Assembly (NCBI GenBank): GCA_963783305.1 | Contig: CAWAMW010000006.1 | Span: 128,001-192,000, forward strand | Source: an uncultured Gemmatimonadales bacterium | GTDB taxonomy: Bacteria; Gemmatimonadota; Gemmatimonadetes; Longimicrobiales; RSA9 | DNA length: 64,000 nucleotides | Direction of reading: 5' to 3' | Part shown: positions 37,329 through 48,277 of the stretch, piece by piece | How the letters are laid out: each line of letters opens with the position of its first letter | Numbering within the stretch: the first letter of the stretch is position 1 | Program-made: the position numbers and the translations under genes | The notes under the pieces: generated by a model | Database searches by the model: none | What the model was told of the DNA's origin: nothing | What the model saw: only the letters and a program-made list of their open reading frames with translations

Positions 37329-38706
37329 GGCCCACGTCGTTTCGATCCGGGCGCCCGACCGCCAGCCGCCGTACGCGGCGGAAGCGGAGGTCAGCGTGCT
37401 CGGTGGGATGCTCATCGACAACGACGCGGTCGCGAAGGCCGTGGAGATCGTCGATGACTCCATGTTCTACCGCGAGGGCCACCGTCGGATCTATCGCGCC
37501 ATGGCCCGGCTCTTCCAGCGCGGCGAGGTGGTGGACCCCACCACCCTGGCCGAGGATCTGAAGAAGACCGACGAGCTGGAGCAGGCGGGCGGTCTCGCCT
37601 ACCTGGCCGAGCTCCTGGACGCGGTCCCGACGGCCGCGAACATCGAGTACCACGCCCGCATCGTGCGGGAGCGGGCGCTCATGCGTCGTCTCATCGAGGC
37701 CTCCTCCGGCATCATCCAGGACGTCTACGAGCCGGGCGAGCGGTCGGTGGACGAGCTCCTCGACTCCGCCGAGCACGCCATCTTCCAGGTCGCGCAGTCC
37801 CACGAGCGCGAGGGGTTCGTCTGGATCAAGAAGATCCTCTACCCCACCTTCGAACGGATCGAGCAGCTGCAGGCGTCGCAGGGCGGCGTGACCGGCGTGG
37901 GCACCGGCTTCACCGACCTCGACAACATGACCGGCGGGTTCCAGAAGGGGGAGCTCACCATCCTCGCCGCCCGGCCTTCCATGGGGAAGACGGCGCTCGT
38001 AGTCTCACTCCTCCTTCACGCCGCCATCAGCAAGCAGACGCCCGTCGCGCTCTTCTCGCTGGAAATGTCGAAGGAGCAGCTCGTGCAGCGGATGCTCTGC
38101 TCCGAGGCGCTCGTGGACCTGGGCCGGCTCCTGCGCGGCCGCCTCACGGACGACGACTACGTCCGACTCGCCCAGGCCGCCGGTCACCTCAACACCGCAC
38201 CGATCTGGATCGACGACTCGGGCATGCTGAGTGCCCTCGAGATGCGCGGGAAGGCGCGGCGACTCAAGGCCGAGCAGCCGAACCTGGGCATGATCATCGT
38301 CGACTACCTCCAGCTCATGCACGGCGGCGGGCGCCAGGCCGAGAACCGTCAGCAGGAGGTGAGCGAGATCAGCCGCAACCTCAAGGCCATCGCCAAGGAG
38401 CTCGAGGTCCCCGTGATCGCGCTCTCCCAGCTCTCCCGCGCGCCTGAGCAGCGCACCGACCACCGGCCGCAACTCTCCGACCTCAGAGAGTCCGGTTCGA
38501 TCGAGCAGGATGCCGATCTGGTCATGTTCCTCTACCGTCCGGAGTACTATCTCTCCGACATGGAGGCGCAGGAGCAGGGGCTCGCCGGCAAGGCCGAGCT
38601 GATCATCAGCAAACAGCGGAACGGCCCGACCGGCACGGTCGAGCTCTTCTTTCGGAAGGAGAGCACCCGCTTCGAGTCGTTCACACCCACTGAGCGCATG
38701 GGGTGA
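37315..38706 (+). CDS. dnaB: Replicative DNA helicase
   Basis: ARPSMGKT, SLEM, DYLQL and LRESGSIEQDAD motifs; no intein seen. Confidence 0.97.
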   Translation: MSTSEAHVVSIRAPDRQPPYAAEAEVSVLGGMLIDNDAVAKAVEIVDDSMFYREGHRRIYRAMARLFQRGEVVDPTTLAEDLKKTDELEQAGGLAYLAELLDAVPTAANIEYHARIVRERALMRRLIEASSGIIQDVYEPGERSVDELLDSAEHAIFQVAQSHEREGFVWIKKILYPTFERIEQLQASQGGVTGVGTGFTDLDNMTGGFQKGELTILAARPSMGKTALVVSLLLHAAISKQTPVALFSLEMSKEQLVQRMLCSEALVDLGRLLRGRLTDDDYVRLAQAAGHLNTAPIWIDDSGMLSALEMRGKARRLKAEQPNLGMIIVDYLQLMHGGGRQAENRQQEVSEISRNLKAIAKELEVPVIALSQLSRAPEQRTDHRPQLSDLRESGSIEQDADLVMFLYRPEYYLSDMEAQEQGLAGKAELIISKQRNGPTGTVELFFRKESTRFESFTPTERMG

Positions 38707-38924
38707 ACGGAATACGGAATTCACAGACGGAACACGGCCCACGGAATACCACCCATCCCTTCGCCTGCCATGTTCTACCGGCTCCCTGGTTCGCTGGCCT
38801 CCTTCCCGTCAACGATCATGCATTCCCGTTTCGCCGTTCACCGTTCTCTGTTCTCTGTTCTCTGTTCTCTGTTAACTGTTCTCTGTTAACTGTTCTCTGT
38901 TAACCGTTCTCCGTTAACCGTCGT
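38704..38924. repeat. Intergenic heptamer array with complementary arm (dnaB-radA)
   Basis: 12 tandem CYGTTMW units at 38834-38917; degenerate ACGG-containing complementary units at 38704-38746. Confidence 0.92.
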
Positions 38925-38928
38925 TGAC

Positions 38929-40296
38929 ATGGCCAAGACCAAAGTCGCGTTTTTCTGTACGGAGTGCGGGAACGAAACCGCACGCTGGCAGGGGCAGTGC
39001 CCGGCGTGCGGGGAGTGGAATTCGCTGGTGGAGGAGCTCAAGCCGAAGAAGAAGGTGAAATCGGGGGGGGTGGGCGGCGGGGGCGCGGTGGCGCGAGCCT
39101 CCGGGACGGCTCGTCCGACGCGACTCAGCAGCGTCGACCGGGACGCGACCGAGCGGTGGTCCACGGGGATGCGGGAACTTGATTTCGTCCTCGGGGGTGG
39201 CGTGGTGCCGGGCTCGCTCATTCTGCTGGGCGGGGAGCCGGGGATAGGCAAGAGCACCATCCTGCTGCAGGTGGCGGCTCGGCTGGAGGTGGGGGGACAT
39301 GCCACGCTGTACGTCTCGGGGGAGGAGTCCGCGGCGCAGGTCCGGATGCGGGCGGACCGGCTGGGTGGTGGCGCCGGTGACGTCGTCTTCCTGGGCGAGA
39401 CGGAGCTGGGGCAGATGCTGGCTCGCGCGGCGGAGGAGGAGCCCTCGGTGCTGGTGGTGGACTCGATCCAGACCATGTACACGGACGAGATCGACGGGGC
39501 GCCGGGGAACGTCAGCCAGGTGCGGGAGTGCGCGGCGCGTCTCCAGCGATTCGCGAAGGAAACGGGGACGGCGGTGTTCCTGGTGGGCCACGTGACGAAG
39601 GGTGGTACGGTTGCGGGCCCACGCACCCTGGAGCATATCGTGGACACGGTGCTGTACTTCGAGGGTAGCCGTTCTCTGGATCACCGGATCCTGCGTGCCA
39701 ACAAGAACCGGTTCGGTGGCGTGGACGAGATCGGGGTTTTCCGCATGACCGTGGAGGGTCTGGAAGCGGTGGAGAGCCCGTCGGAGCTCTTCCTGGGTGA
39801 GCGGGCGGAGGGGGTGAGCGGTGCGGCTGTGGTCTCCACGCTGGAGGGTACGCGGCCTCTTCTGGTGGAGGTCCAGGCGCTCACGTCGAAATCTTCGTAC
39901 GGTGCGCCGCAACGGGTGACGACGGGGTTCGACCGGCAGCGGCTGGCGCTTCTCCTTGCCGTGCTCGAGAAGCGCGCCGGGGTGACCTTCGGAGATCAGG
40001 ACGTGTTCCTGAACGCGGTGGGCGGAGTGCGGCTGACGGAGCCGGCGTCGGACGCGGGCGTGGTGGCGGCGCTGGTGAGCGGACGACTGGATCGTGCCAT
40101 CGCCAGCGACGCGGTCTTCGTGGGGGAGGTGGGGTTGGGAGGGGAACTGCGGACGGTGAGCCAGCTGGAGCGCCGGCTGGCGGAGGCGGAGCGGCTGGGG
40201 TTCCGCACCGCGTACGTCCCGGCGAGGACCCGCGCGGTGGTGGACATGGAGTTGGTGAAGGTAGCGAGCGTGGGTGAGCTACTGGAGGCGCTGTGA
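38929..40296 (+). CDS. radA: DNA repair protein RadA/Sms
   Basis: C4 zinc finger, GEPGIGKST, KNRFG and GEVGLGGE motifs. Confidence 0.97.
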   Translation: MAKTKVAFFCTECGNETARWQGQCPACGEWNSLVEELKPKKKVKSGGVGGGGAVARASGTARPTRLSSVDRDATERWSTGMRELDFVLGGGVVPGSLILLGGEPGIGKSTILLQVAARLEVGGHATLYVSGEESAAQVRMRADRLGGGAGDVVFLGETELGQMLARAAEEEPSVLVVDSIQTMYTDEIDGAPGNVSQVRECAARLQRFAKETGTAVFLVGHVTKGGTVAGPRTLEHIVDTVLYFEGSRSLDHRILRANKNRFGGVDEIGVFRMTVEGLEAVESPSELFLGERAEGVSGAAVVSTLEGTRPLLVEVQALTSKSSYGAPQRVTTGFDRQRLALLLAVLEKRAGVTFGDQDVFLNAVGGVRLTEPASDAGVVAALVSGRLDRAIASDAVFVGEVGLGGELRTVSQLERRLAEAERLGFRTAYVPARTRAVVDMELVKVASVGELLEAL

Positions 40297-40970
40297 GGGC
40301 CGCCGCCATTGTCCCGGCCGGGGGAGCCGGGACCCGGATGGGCGAGGCGGGGCGGCGCAAGCAGTACCTGGAGCTGGATGGAGAGCCCATTCTGCTGCGG
40401 GCGCTCCGGCCACTCCTGGCCCACCCAGAGATCGAATGGGTGGTGGTGGCGCTTCCGGCGGAGCACCTGGCCGAGCCGCGATTCCCGCTCCCTCCCGGGG
40501 TGGTCGCGGTGGCGGGGGGCCGGGAGCGAGGCGATTCGGTCCGGAGCGCCCTGGCCGCCGTGCCGCCCGAAGCGGATGTGGTGGTGATCCACGATGGCGC
40601 GCGGCCCCTGTTGGACGCGGCGCTGGTGGAGCGGACGCTGAGGGCGGTCCGCCCGGGGGCCGGCGCCATCGCGGCCATCCCGGTGGCGGACACGCTGAAG
40701 CGCATCGCGGCCGACGGATCGGTCGCGGAAACCGTAGACCGGCGGGCTCTCTGGCGGGCGCAGACCCCGCAGGCGTTCCCGCGCGAGCTCATCGTCGACG
40801 CATACCGACGCGCGGAGTTGGACGGGGTGGTGGCGACGGATGACGCGGCGCTTGTCGAGCGGTACGGTGGTCGCGTAGTGGTGGTCGAAGGGGACGAGCG
40901 TAACATCAAGATCACGCGTCCCGAGGACCTGGTGCTCGGCAAGCTGCTGCTGAGCGTCGAAAAGGACTAG
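40293..40970 (+). CDS. ispD: MEP cytidylyltransferase
   Basis: AGGAGTRM, KQYL, IHDGARP, QTPQAF, TDDA and NIKIT motifs. Confidence 0.95.
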   Translation: MRAAAIVPAGGAGTRMGEAGRRKQYLELDGEPILLRALRPLLAHPEIEWVVVALPAEHLAEPRFPLPPGVVAVAGGRERGDSVRSALAAVPPEADVVVIHDGARPLLDAALVERTLRAVRPGAGAIAAIPVADTLKRIAADGSVAETVDRRALWRAQTPQAFPRELIVDAYRRAELDGVVATDDAALVERYGGRVVVVEGDERNIKITRPEDLVLGKLLLSVEKD

Positions 40971-40979
40971 GATCGAGGC

Positions 40980-41447
40980 ATGAGCTACAACCTGCTGTTC
41001 GTCTGTACCGGCAACACCTGCCGGAGCCCCATCTCGGAGGCGCTGGCCCGGCACGGCATCCGGGAGCGCGGCTGGAGCGGAGTGGAAGTGGCCTCCGCGG
41101 GAGTGGCGGCGCTGGCCGGGTCGCCCGCGTCCGCCGAGGTGCCCCGGGTCCTCGAGGAGGCGGGAGTCGAAGCGCCCTCGCACGAGGCGCAGGAGCTGAC
41201 GCCCGAGCTGGTCGAGTGGGCCGACGCGGTGCTGGTGATGGGGCCGAGCCACGCCGCGACGGTGAAGGCGATGGGCGGTGAGGGGAAGGTGGCGCTGGTG
41301 ACCGAGTACCTGCCCGGCGAGGGCGCCGGCCGGCCGGTGATGGACCCGATCGGTGGTGGCATGGCCCTCTACCGTGATACCAGGGACCAGCTCAAGGCGG
41401 CCGTCGACGCCTTCCTCGACCGGATCCAGCCCATCGTCGCACCCTGA
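40980..41447 (+). CDS. Low-molecular-weight phosphatase, YwlE-like (putative pArg phosphatase)
   Basis: FVCTGNTCRS P-loop, SAGV and DPIGG motifs. Confidence 0.88.
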   Translation: MSYNLLFVCTGNTCRSPISEALARHGIRERGWSGVEVASAGVAALAGSPASAEVPRVLEEAGVEAPSHEAQELTPELVEWADAVLVMGPSHAATVKAMGGEGKVALVTEYLPGEGAGRPVMDPIGGGMALYRDTRDQLKAAVDAFLDRIQPIVAP

Positions 41448-41458
41448 GCGCGCCGGTC

Positions 41459-42283
41459 ATGGATCCTGGCGCGGACACCCGCGTGATCGCGCTCCTGGGC
41501 GATCCTGTGGACCATTCCTTATCGCCCCGGTTCCAGAACGTCGCCATCCGGGAAGCCGGGATCGACGCCGTCTACGTCGCCTTACGCTGCGCCGCCACCT
41601 TCGACGGACTTCTGCTCGGGATCGCACGAGCGGGGGGAGCGGGGAACATCACGATCCCCCACAAGACACGGGCACCGTCGCTGCTGGACGTGGCGACCCC
41701 CTCGGTGGAGAAGACGGGGGCGTGCAACACGTTCTGGCTCGAGGACGGCCGGATCCACGGCGACAACACCGACGTGGATGGCTTCGAGGGTGCCGTGCGG
41801 TCGCTGATTGGAGCGCCCACCGGTGCGCGGGCCCTCGTACTCGGTGCGGGTGGGGCGGCGCGGGCGGCGGTGATGGCGCTGCTGCGCGGACGCGCCGACG
41901 CGGTTCACGTGCTCAACCGAACGCCGGACCGGGCGCGCTCACTGCAGGAAGCGCTGGACCCCGCTGGCCGCCGCGTGGCTGTCGTCGAGTCGCCGCGGGC
42001 GGTGCGGAGGGAAGGGTATGACCTCGTGGTGAACGCGACCCCGCTGGGGCTCAAGCCAGATGACCCGGCACCGCTCGACGTGACGTCGCCCGTGCGCGTA
42101 GGGGCCGTGCTGGACATGACATACGGGGTCAGGCCGTCAGTGCTCCTGGCCAGCGCTCTCGCCGCAGAGATCCCGGCGGTCGATGGTCGCGAGATGCTCC
42201 TCCAACAGGGTGCCGCGAGCTTCCGCCGCTGGTTCGCCCGCGAGCCGGACCTCGAGCGGATGCGCGCCGCCCTGGCCGACTGA
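41459..42283 (+). CDS. aroE: Shikimate dehydrogenase
   Basis: HSLSP, NITIPHK, GDNTD, GAGGAARA and NATPLG motifs. Confidence 0.94.
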   Translation: MDPGADTRVIALLGDPVDHSLSPRFQNVAIREAGIDAVYVALRCAATFDGLLLGIARAGGAGNITIPHKTRAPSLLDVATPSVEKTGACNTFWLEDGRIHGDNTDVDGFEGAVRSLIGAPTGARALVLGAGGAARAAVMALLRGRADAVHVLNRTPDRARSLQEALDPAGRRVAVVESPRAVRREGYDLVVNATPLGLKPDDPAPLDVTSPVRVGAVLDMTYGVRPSVLLASALAAEIPAVDGREMLLQQGAASFRRWFAREPDLERMRAALAD

Positions 42284-42333
42284 TTGTCCCGGACCGCCAT
42301 GGCGCCGCCCCGCATGAGGGGCGTTCCTGAAGC

Positions 42334-44131
<1,798 letters not shown>

Positions 44132-44147
44132 TTGGGACGCAGAGTCT

Positions 44148-44217
44148 TATGGTGGTTCATATAAACCATAGTGCGAAACCCGAAAGTATTGACGGTGTCG
44201 ACGGGTGGCATTAGGCT
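44148..44217 (+). promoter_or_regulatory. AT-rich dyad plus sigma70-type promoter inside the gap-pgk spacer
   Basis: TATGGT...ACCATA dyad (44148-44170); TTGACG-N17-TAGGCT (44189-44217). Confidence 0.5.
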
Positions 44218-44290
44218 GGAGGGGTTCGGGGGATCATCGGGCGGCGCCGCATGGGTGCCCCGCCGGTCACCCGTGGTACGGGCGGCGGTC

Positions 44291-44305
44291 TGGCACGTAT
44301 CTGGC
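44291..44305 (+). promoter_or_regulatory. Putative sigma54 promoter for the small Zn-finger gene
   Basis: TGGCACGTATCTGGC has a consensus TGGCACG -24 box and GG-N10-GC spacing. Confidence 0.5.
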
Positions 44306-44348
44306 GCGTTCGTGTGGAGTGATCCGGCACCCCGGGCGGGAGGAGCGC

Positions 44349-44549
44349 ATGGCGGAAGCGAAAGAGATGCGAAGCGGGACGTACCGGTGTCCGGTCTGCG
44401 GCCATCGGGACTCGGCCGAGTTGGAGAGCGGTCAGGAATCGATCGTGATACCGTGCAGCTACTGCAACACTTCCCTGGAAGTGTCGTCGCGGGGTGCGGA
44501 CTCGATCCGTTTCAGTGTGCAGGTATCGGAGCAGCCGGCGAGGCGCTGA
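44349..44549 (+). CDS. 66-aa zinc-ribbon microprotein
   Basis: CPVCG...CSYC with a strong GGAGGAG RBS. Confidence 0.78.
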   Translation: MAEAKEMRSGTYRCPVCGHRDSAELESGQESIVIPCSYCNTSLEVSSRGADSIRFSVQVSEQPARR

Positions 44550-44670
44550 GCGAGTCGGTGGTCGAATTGCAGGACATGGGAGGTCACGGCCGGGTAGCCG
44601 TGACCTTTCCGTGTTTTTCGGGGGGCGCGCCTGGCCTCCCTGCCGAGGGGCGAGCCGAACCGTAACGAGG

Positions 44671-45897
44671 ATGGGAATGAAGAAGCGAACGATACGGGAC
44701 CTGACACCGACGCAGCTGGACGGTGCGCGGGTACTGATGCGAGTGGACTACAACGTCCCGCTGTCGGATGGCGTGGTGGGGGAGGACGCGCGAATCCGCG
44801 CGACGCTGCCGACGCTGCGATACCTGCTGGAGCGAAACGCCGGGGTGGTACTGCTGTCGCACCTGGGACGGCCGAAAGGGAAATGGTCGGACGCGCTGTC
44901 GCTGGCGCCCGTGGCGGAGCGGCTGGGCGAGCTGCTGCAGGTCCCTGTGCGGTTTGTCTCCGACCTGGTGGGGAGCGAAGCGCGGGATGCGGTGGCGGCG
45001 TTGAAGGGCGGGGAAGTCGTGGTGCTGGAGAACACGCGGTTCCTGCCGGGGGAGGAGACGAACGATCCGAAGCTGGCGGAGCAGTTGGCCGGACTCGGCA
45101 CGGTATACGTGAACGATGCGTTCGGCACGGCGCATCGGGCGCATGCTTCCACGGTGGGGGCGGCCGAGCACATGCGGCATGAGGGCCGGCCGGTGGTGGC
45201 GGGGCTGCTGATGGAGGCGGAACTCAGGTTCCTGGGAGGCGCGCTGGAGTCGCCGGAGCCGCCCTTCGTCGCGATCCTCGGCGGTGCGAAGATCTCCGGG
45301 AAGATCGATGTGATCCACAGCCTGCTTTCGCGCGTGGACCGGCTGCTGATCGGCGGCGCAATGGCGAATACGTTCTTTCGGGCGATGGGTCTGGGCACGG
45401 GCGATTCACTGGTGGAAGAGGAGCGGGTGGAGATGGCCCGTGAGCTGTTGAGCGAGGCCGGGGACAAGCTGAGGCTTCCTGTGGACTGCGTCATCGCCGA
45501 GGAAGCGACGGAGGACGCGCCCACACGCTCCGTGGACCGTGATGCGGTGCCCGCGGGCTGGAAGATCCTGGACATCGGGCCGCGCTCGGTCAACCTCTTC
45601 CGGACGGAGCTGGAGCGGGCGCGGACGGTAGTGTGGAACGGTCCCATGGGACTGTTCGAGATCTCCTCGTTCGCTGGCGGGACCGCGGGTGTGGCGCGGG
45701 CGGTGGCGGACATCACCCGGGCGGGCGCCACGACCATCATCGGCGGCGGGGACACGGCCGCGGCGGTGACCGAGGCGGGTCTCGCCGAGCGCATGACGCA
45801 CGTCTCGACGGGCGGTGGGGCGTCGCTCGAGTTCCTGGAAGGGCGGACGCTCCCGGGCGTGGCCGTCCTCGATGACAAGGAGGTACAGCGTGGCTGA
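44671..45897 (+). CDS. pgk: Phosphoglycerate kinase
   Basis: RVDYNVP, SHLGRP, NDAFGTAHRAH, GGAK and STGGGASLE motifs. Confidence 0.97.
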   Translation: MGMKKRTIRDLTPTQLDGARVLMRVDYNVPLSDGVVGEDARIRATLPTLRYLLERNAGVVLLSHLGRPKGKWSDALSLAPVAERLGELLQVPVRFVSDLVGSEARDAVAALKGGEVVVLENTRFLPGEETNDPKLAEQLAGLGTVYVNDAFGTAHRAHASTVGAAEHMRHEGRPVVAGLLMEAELRFLGGALESPEPPFVAILGGAKISGKIDVIHSLLSRVDRLLIGGAMANTFFRAMGLGTGDSLVEEERVEMARELLSEAGDKLRLPVDCVIAEEATEDAPTRSVDRDAVPAGWKILDIGPRSVNLFRTELERARTVVWNGPMGLFEISSFAGGTAGVARAVADITRAGATTIIGGGDTAAAVTEAGLAERMTHVSTGGGASLEFLEGRTLPGVAVLDDKEVQRG

Positions 45898-46648
45898 GCA
45901 GACCCGAACCCCGGTGATCGCGGGGAACTGGAAGATGCACAAGGGCCCGGAATCGGCCCGGAAGTTCTGTCGAGAGTTCGCCCAGGTCGCACCTCCCGCG
46001 GACGACCGTACGGTGCTCATCTTTCCGCCGGCCCTCTCTGTGACCGCGGTGCGCGACGCGCTGTCCCAGCACAACATCGGCGTGGGCGTCCAGGACATCT
46101 ACTGGGAGAGAGAGGGCGCCTTCACCGGCCAGGTGAGCGCTCCCATGGCCCGCGAGGCGGGGGCCACGCACGCACTGGTCGGCCACTCCGAGCGGCGCCA
46201 CGTGTTCGGCGAGACCGACGAGGAAACCGGCCGGAAGGTGGCCGCGGCGCTGGCCGCCGGCCTGGTTCCGGTCCTCTGCGTGGGGGAGACCCTGGAGGAG
46301 CGGAAGGCGGGGCGGCTCGAAGAGGTGATTCTCCGGCAGTTAGAAGCGGGCATCGAGGGCGTCGATGACGGTGACCTCGCCCGCATGCTCCTCGCCTACG
46401 AGCCCGTGTGGGCCATCGGCACGGGCGAGACCGCGACGCCCGAGGACGCGGCCGATGCGCACGGCCGCCTCAGGGCCCGGCTCCAGGATCGGCTGGGCGA
46501 TCGCGCACACGGCATCCCCATCCTCTACGGCGGCTCCGTCAAGCCGAGCAATGCCCGGGAGCTGCTGGCGGCCTCGGACGTGGGTGGTGTTTTGGTGGGC
46601 GGCGCGAGCCTCGATCCACGGGACTTCGCAAAGATCGCGGCGGCGTAG
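45890..46648 (+). CDS. tpiA: Triosephosphate isomerase
   Basis: AGNWKM, GHSERR, AYEPVWAIGTG and YGGSV motifs. Confidence 0.97.
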   Translation: MAEQTRTPVIAGNWKMHKGPESARKFCREFAQVAPPADDRTVLIFPPALSVTAVRDALSQHNIGVGVQDIYWEREGAFTGQVSAPMAREAGATHALVGHSERRHVFGETDEETGRKVAAALAAGLVPVLCVGETLEERKAGRLEEVILRQLEAGIEGVDDGDLARMLLAYEPVWAIGTGETATPEDAADAHGRLRARLQDRLGDRAHGIPILYGGSVKPSNARELLAASDVGGVLVGGASLDPRDFAKIAAA

Positions 46649-46725
46649 CGGGCCGGCGTAGCGGGCGGACGGAACGTGTTCCGGGGCGCGTAGCGGTCGG
46701 TGGGAGCCGCGCTGCGGGGACGGCA

Positions 46726-46754
46726 TTGACAGCGCCCGAGCGACGGGCGACCTT
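46726..46754 (+). promoter_or_regulatory. Putative secG promoter
   Basis: TTGACA-N17-GACCTT. Confidence 0.4.
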
Positions 46755-46795
46755 ACCAAGCTGTATCTTCACCCAAATCCAAGACGAGTGACGCG

Positions 46796-47200
46796 GTGTT
46801 CGGACTACTTCTAACGCTCCTGATCCTCGACGGCATTCTGCTGGTGGTCGTCGTCCTTCTCCAGTCCGGTAAGGGCGGCGGTCTGGCCGCTATGGGCGGT
46901 GGCGGCGGCGCCGGCACGGAGTCGTTCATGGGTGGACGTCAGGCCACGACGGTTCTGACCAAGTCCACCTGGGTTACCGGCGGGGTGTTCCTGGCCCTGG
47001 CGCTGGTGCTGTCCATCATGTCCTCGCGGCGGACGGATAGCGCGCCCCTGCTCCAGGACGAGTTCCGGACGCAGCCAGTGGCGCCGCAGCCGATCCTCCC
47101 GGGTGGGGACGCCCCGGCGGGTGAGGGCGAGGTGGTGCCCGGTGTCGGCGGAGGCGATGGCGCCGCCCCGGAGGGCGGCGACGATACGAACGGCCAGTAA
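46796..47200 (+). CDS. secG: Preprotein translocase subunit SecG
   Basis: VLLQSGKGGGL with two TM helices; follows tpiA. Confidence 0.92.
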   Translation: MFGLLLTLLILDGILLVVVVLLQSGKGGGLAAMGGGGGAGTESFMGGRQATTVLTKSTWVTGGVFLALALVLSIMSSRRTDSAPLLQDEFRTQPVAPQPILPGGDAPAGEGEVVPGVGGGDGAAPEGGDDTNGQ

Positions 47201-47211
47201 GGGCCGGGCCG

Positions 47212-48276
47212 ATGGGGCGTTCGAAGGCGGGGTCGGCGAAAAAGCCGGCGCTGGAGCGGGAGTCGCTGCACGAGATCTACTACTGGCTCCAGCTGACGCG
47301 TGAAGTGGAGCAGGTTCTCACGAACCTGTACAGGCAGAACAAGGTGATCGGCGGTCTCTATCGTTCGCTCGGGCAGGAGGCGGGCGCGGTGGGGACCGCT
47401 TATGCGTTGCGGCGTCGATCGGACGGGACGGGCGACGTGATCTCGCCGGCGATCCGGGATCTGGGTGCCATGCTCATGATGGGCGCCGACGCGGCGGACG
47501 TCATGCGCCAGTACATGGCGAAGGCGGATGGTCCCACGGGTGGAAGGGAGACCAATGTTCACTTCTCGGACTACGAGAAGGGGTACGTCGGTCTCATATC
47601 GCACCTGGGCGTCATGGTAGAGATCATGACGGGCGTGGCGCTCACCTTCAAGCTGCGCGACGAGGACCGGGTGGCGCTGGTGTATTCCGGGGATGGAATG
47701 ACCTCCACGGGCGCCTTCCACGAAGGCCTGAACATGGCGGCGGTGCAGAAGCTCCCGCTGGTGGTCGTGGTGGAGAACAACGGCTACGCGTATTCGACTC
47801 CTACCGCCCGGCAGACGGCGGTGGAGTCGTTCGTGGAGAAGGCGGGCGGGTATGGTATCCGAGGCGAGCGGGCGGACGGGAACGACGTGTTGGCGGTCTA
47901 CGAGGCCGCGGCGCGTGCTGTGGCCCATGCCCGGGGGGGAGGCGGCCCCACCCTGCTGGAGCTGGTGACCTACCGTCGCAAGGGACACGCGGAGCACGAC
48001 GCCCAGAAGTACGTACCGGAGGGCGAGATCGAGGCGTGGGAAGCGAAGGACCCGGTTGCGGCGTTCGAGCGCCGCTTGCTGGGGGAAGAACACGCCACGG
48101 AAGAGGAGCTTGCGGCGATCCGGGACCGGGTACACGCGGAGGTGGAGGCGGCGCGGGAATCGGCTCTGGCGTCCGAGATGCCGGAGCCGGAGGCGGCGAT
48201 CGATGATGTCTACGCGGGGGACCCTGGCTGGATCCCATGGACCCGACGCGCCCCTCAAGACCCCCACGAGGCCTAG
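47212..48276 (+). CDS. 2-oxoacid dehydrogenase E1 alpha
   Basis: GQEA, TPP motif GDG...ENN, and YRRKGH. Confidence 0.92.
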   Translation: MGRSKAGSAKKPALERESLHEIYYWLQLTREVEQVLTNLYRQNKVIGGLYRSLGQEAGAVGTAYALRRRSDGTGDVISPAIRDLGAMLMMGADAADVMRQYMAKADGPTGGRETNVHFSDYEKGYVGLISHLGVMVEIMTGVALTFKLRDEDRVALVYSGDGMTSTGAFHEGLNMAAVQKLPLVVVVENNGYAYSTPTARQTAVESFVEKAGGYGIRGERADGNDVLAVYEAAARAVAHARGGGGPTLLELVTYRRKGHAEHDAQKYVPEGEIEAWEAKDPVAAFERRLLGEEHATEEELAAIRDRVHAEVEAARESALASEMPEPEAAIDDVYAGDPGWIPWTRRAPQDPHEA

Positions 48277-48277
48277 G

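Noticed and set aside
38703..38903. 66-aa ORF between dnaB and radA
   Set aside because: Its C-terminus (FSVLCSLFSVNCSLL) is just the translated heptamer repeat
46642..46696. Repeated GCGTAGCGG after tpiA
   Set aside because: Three short copies including the stop codon, with no structure or spacing that suggests function
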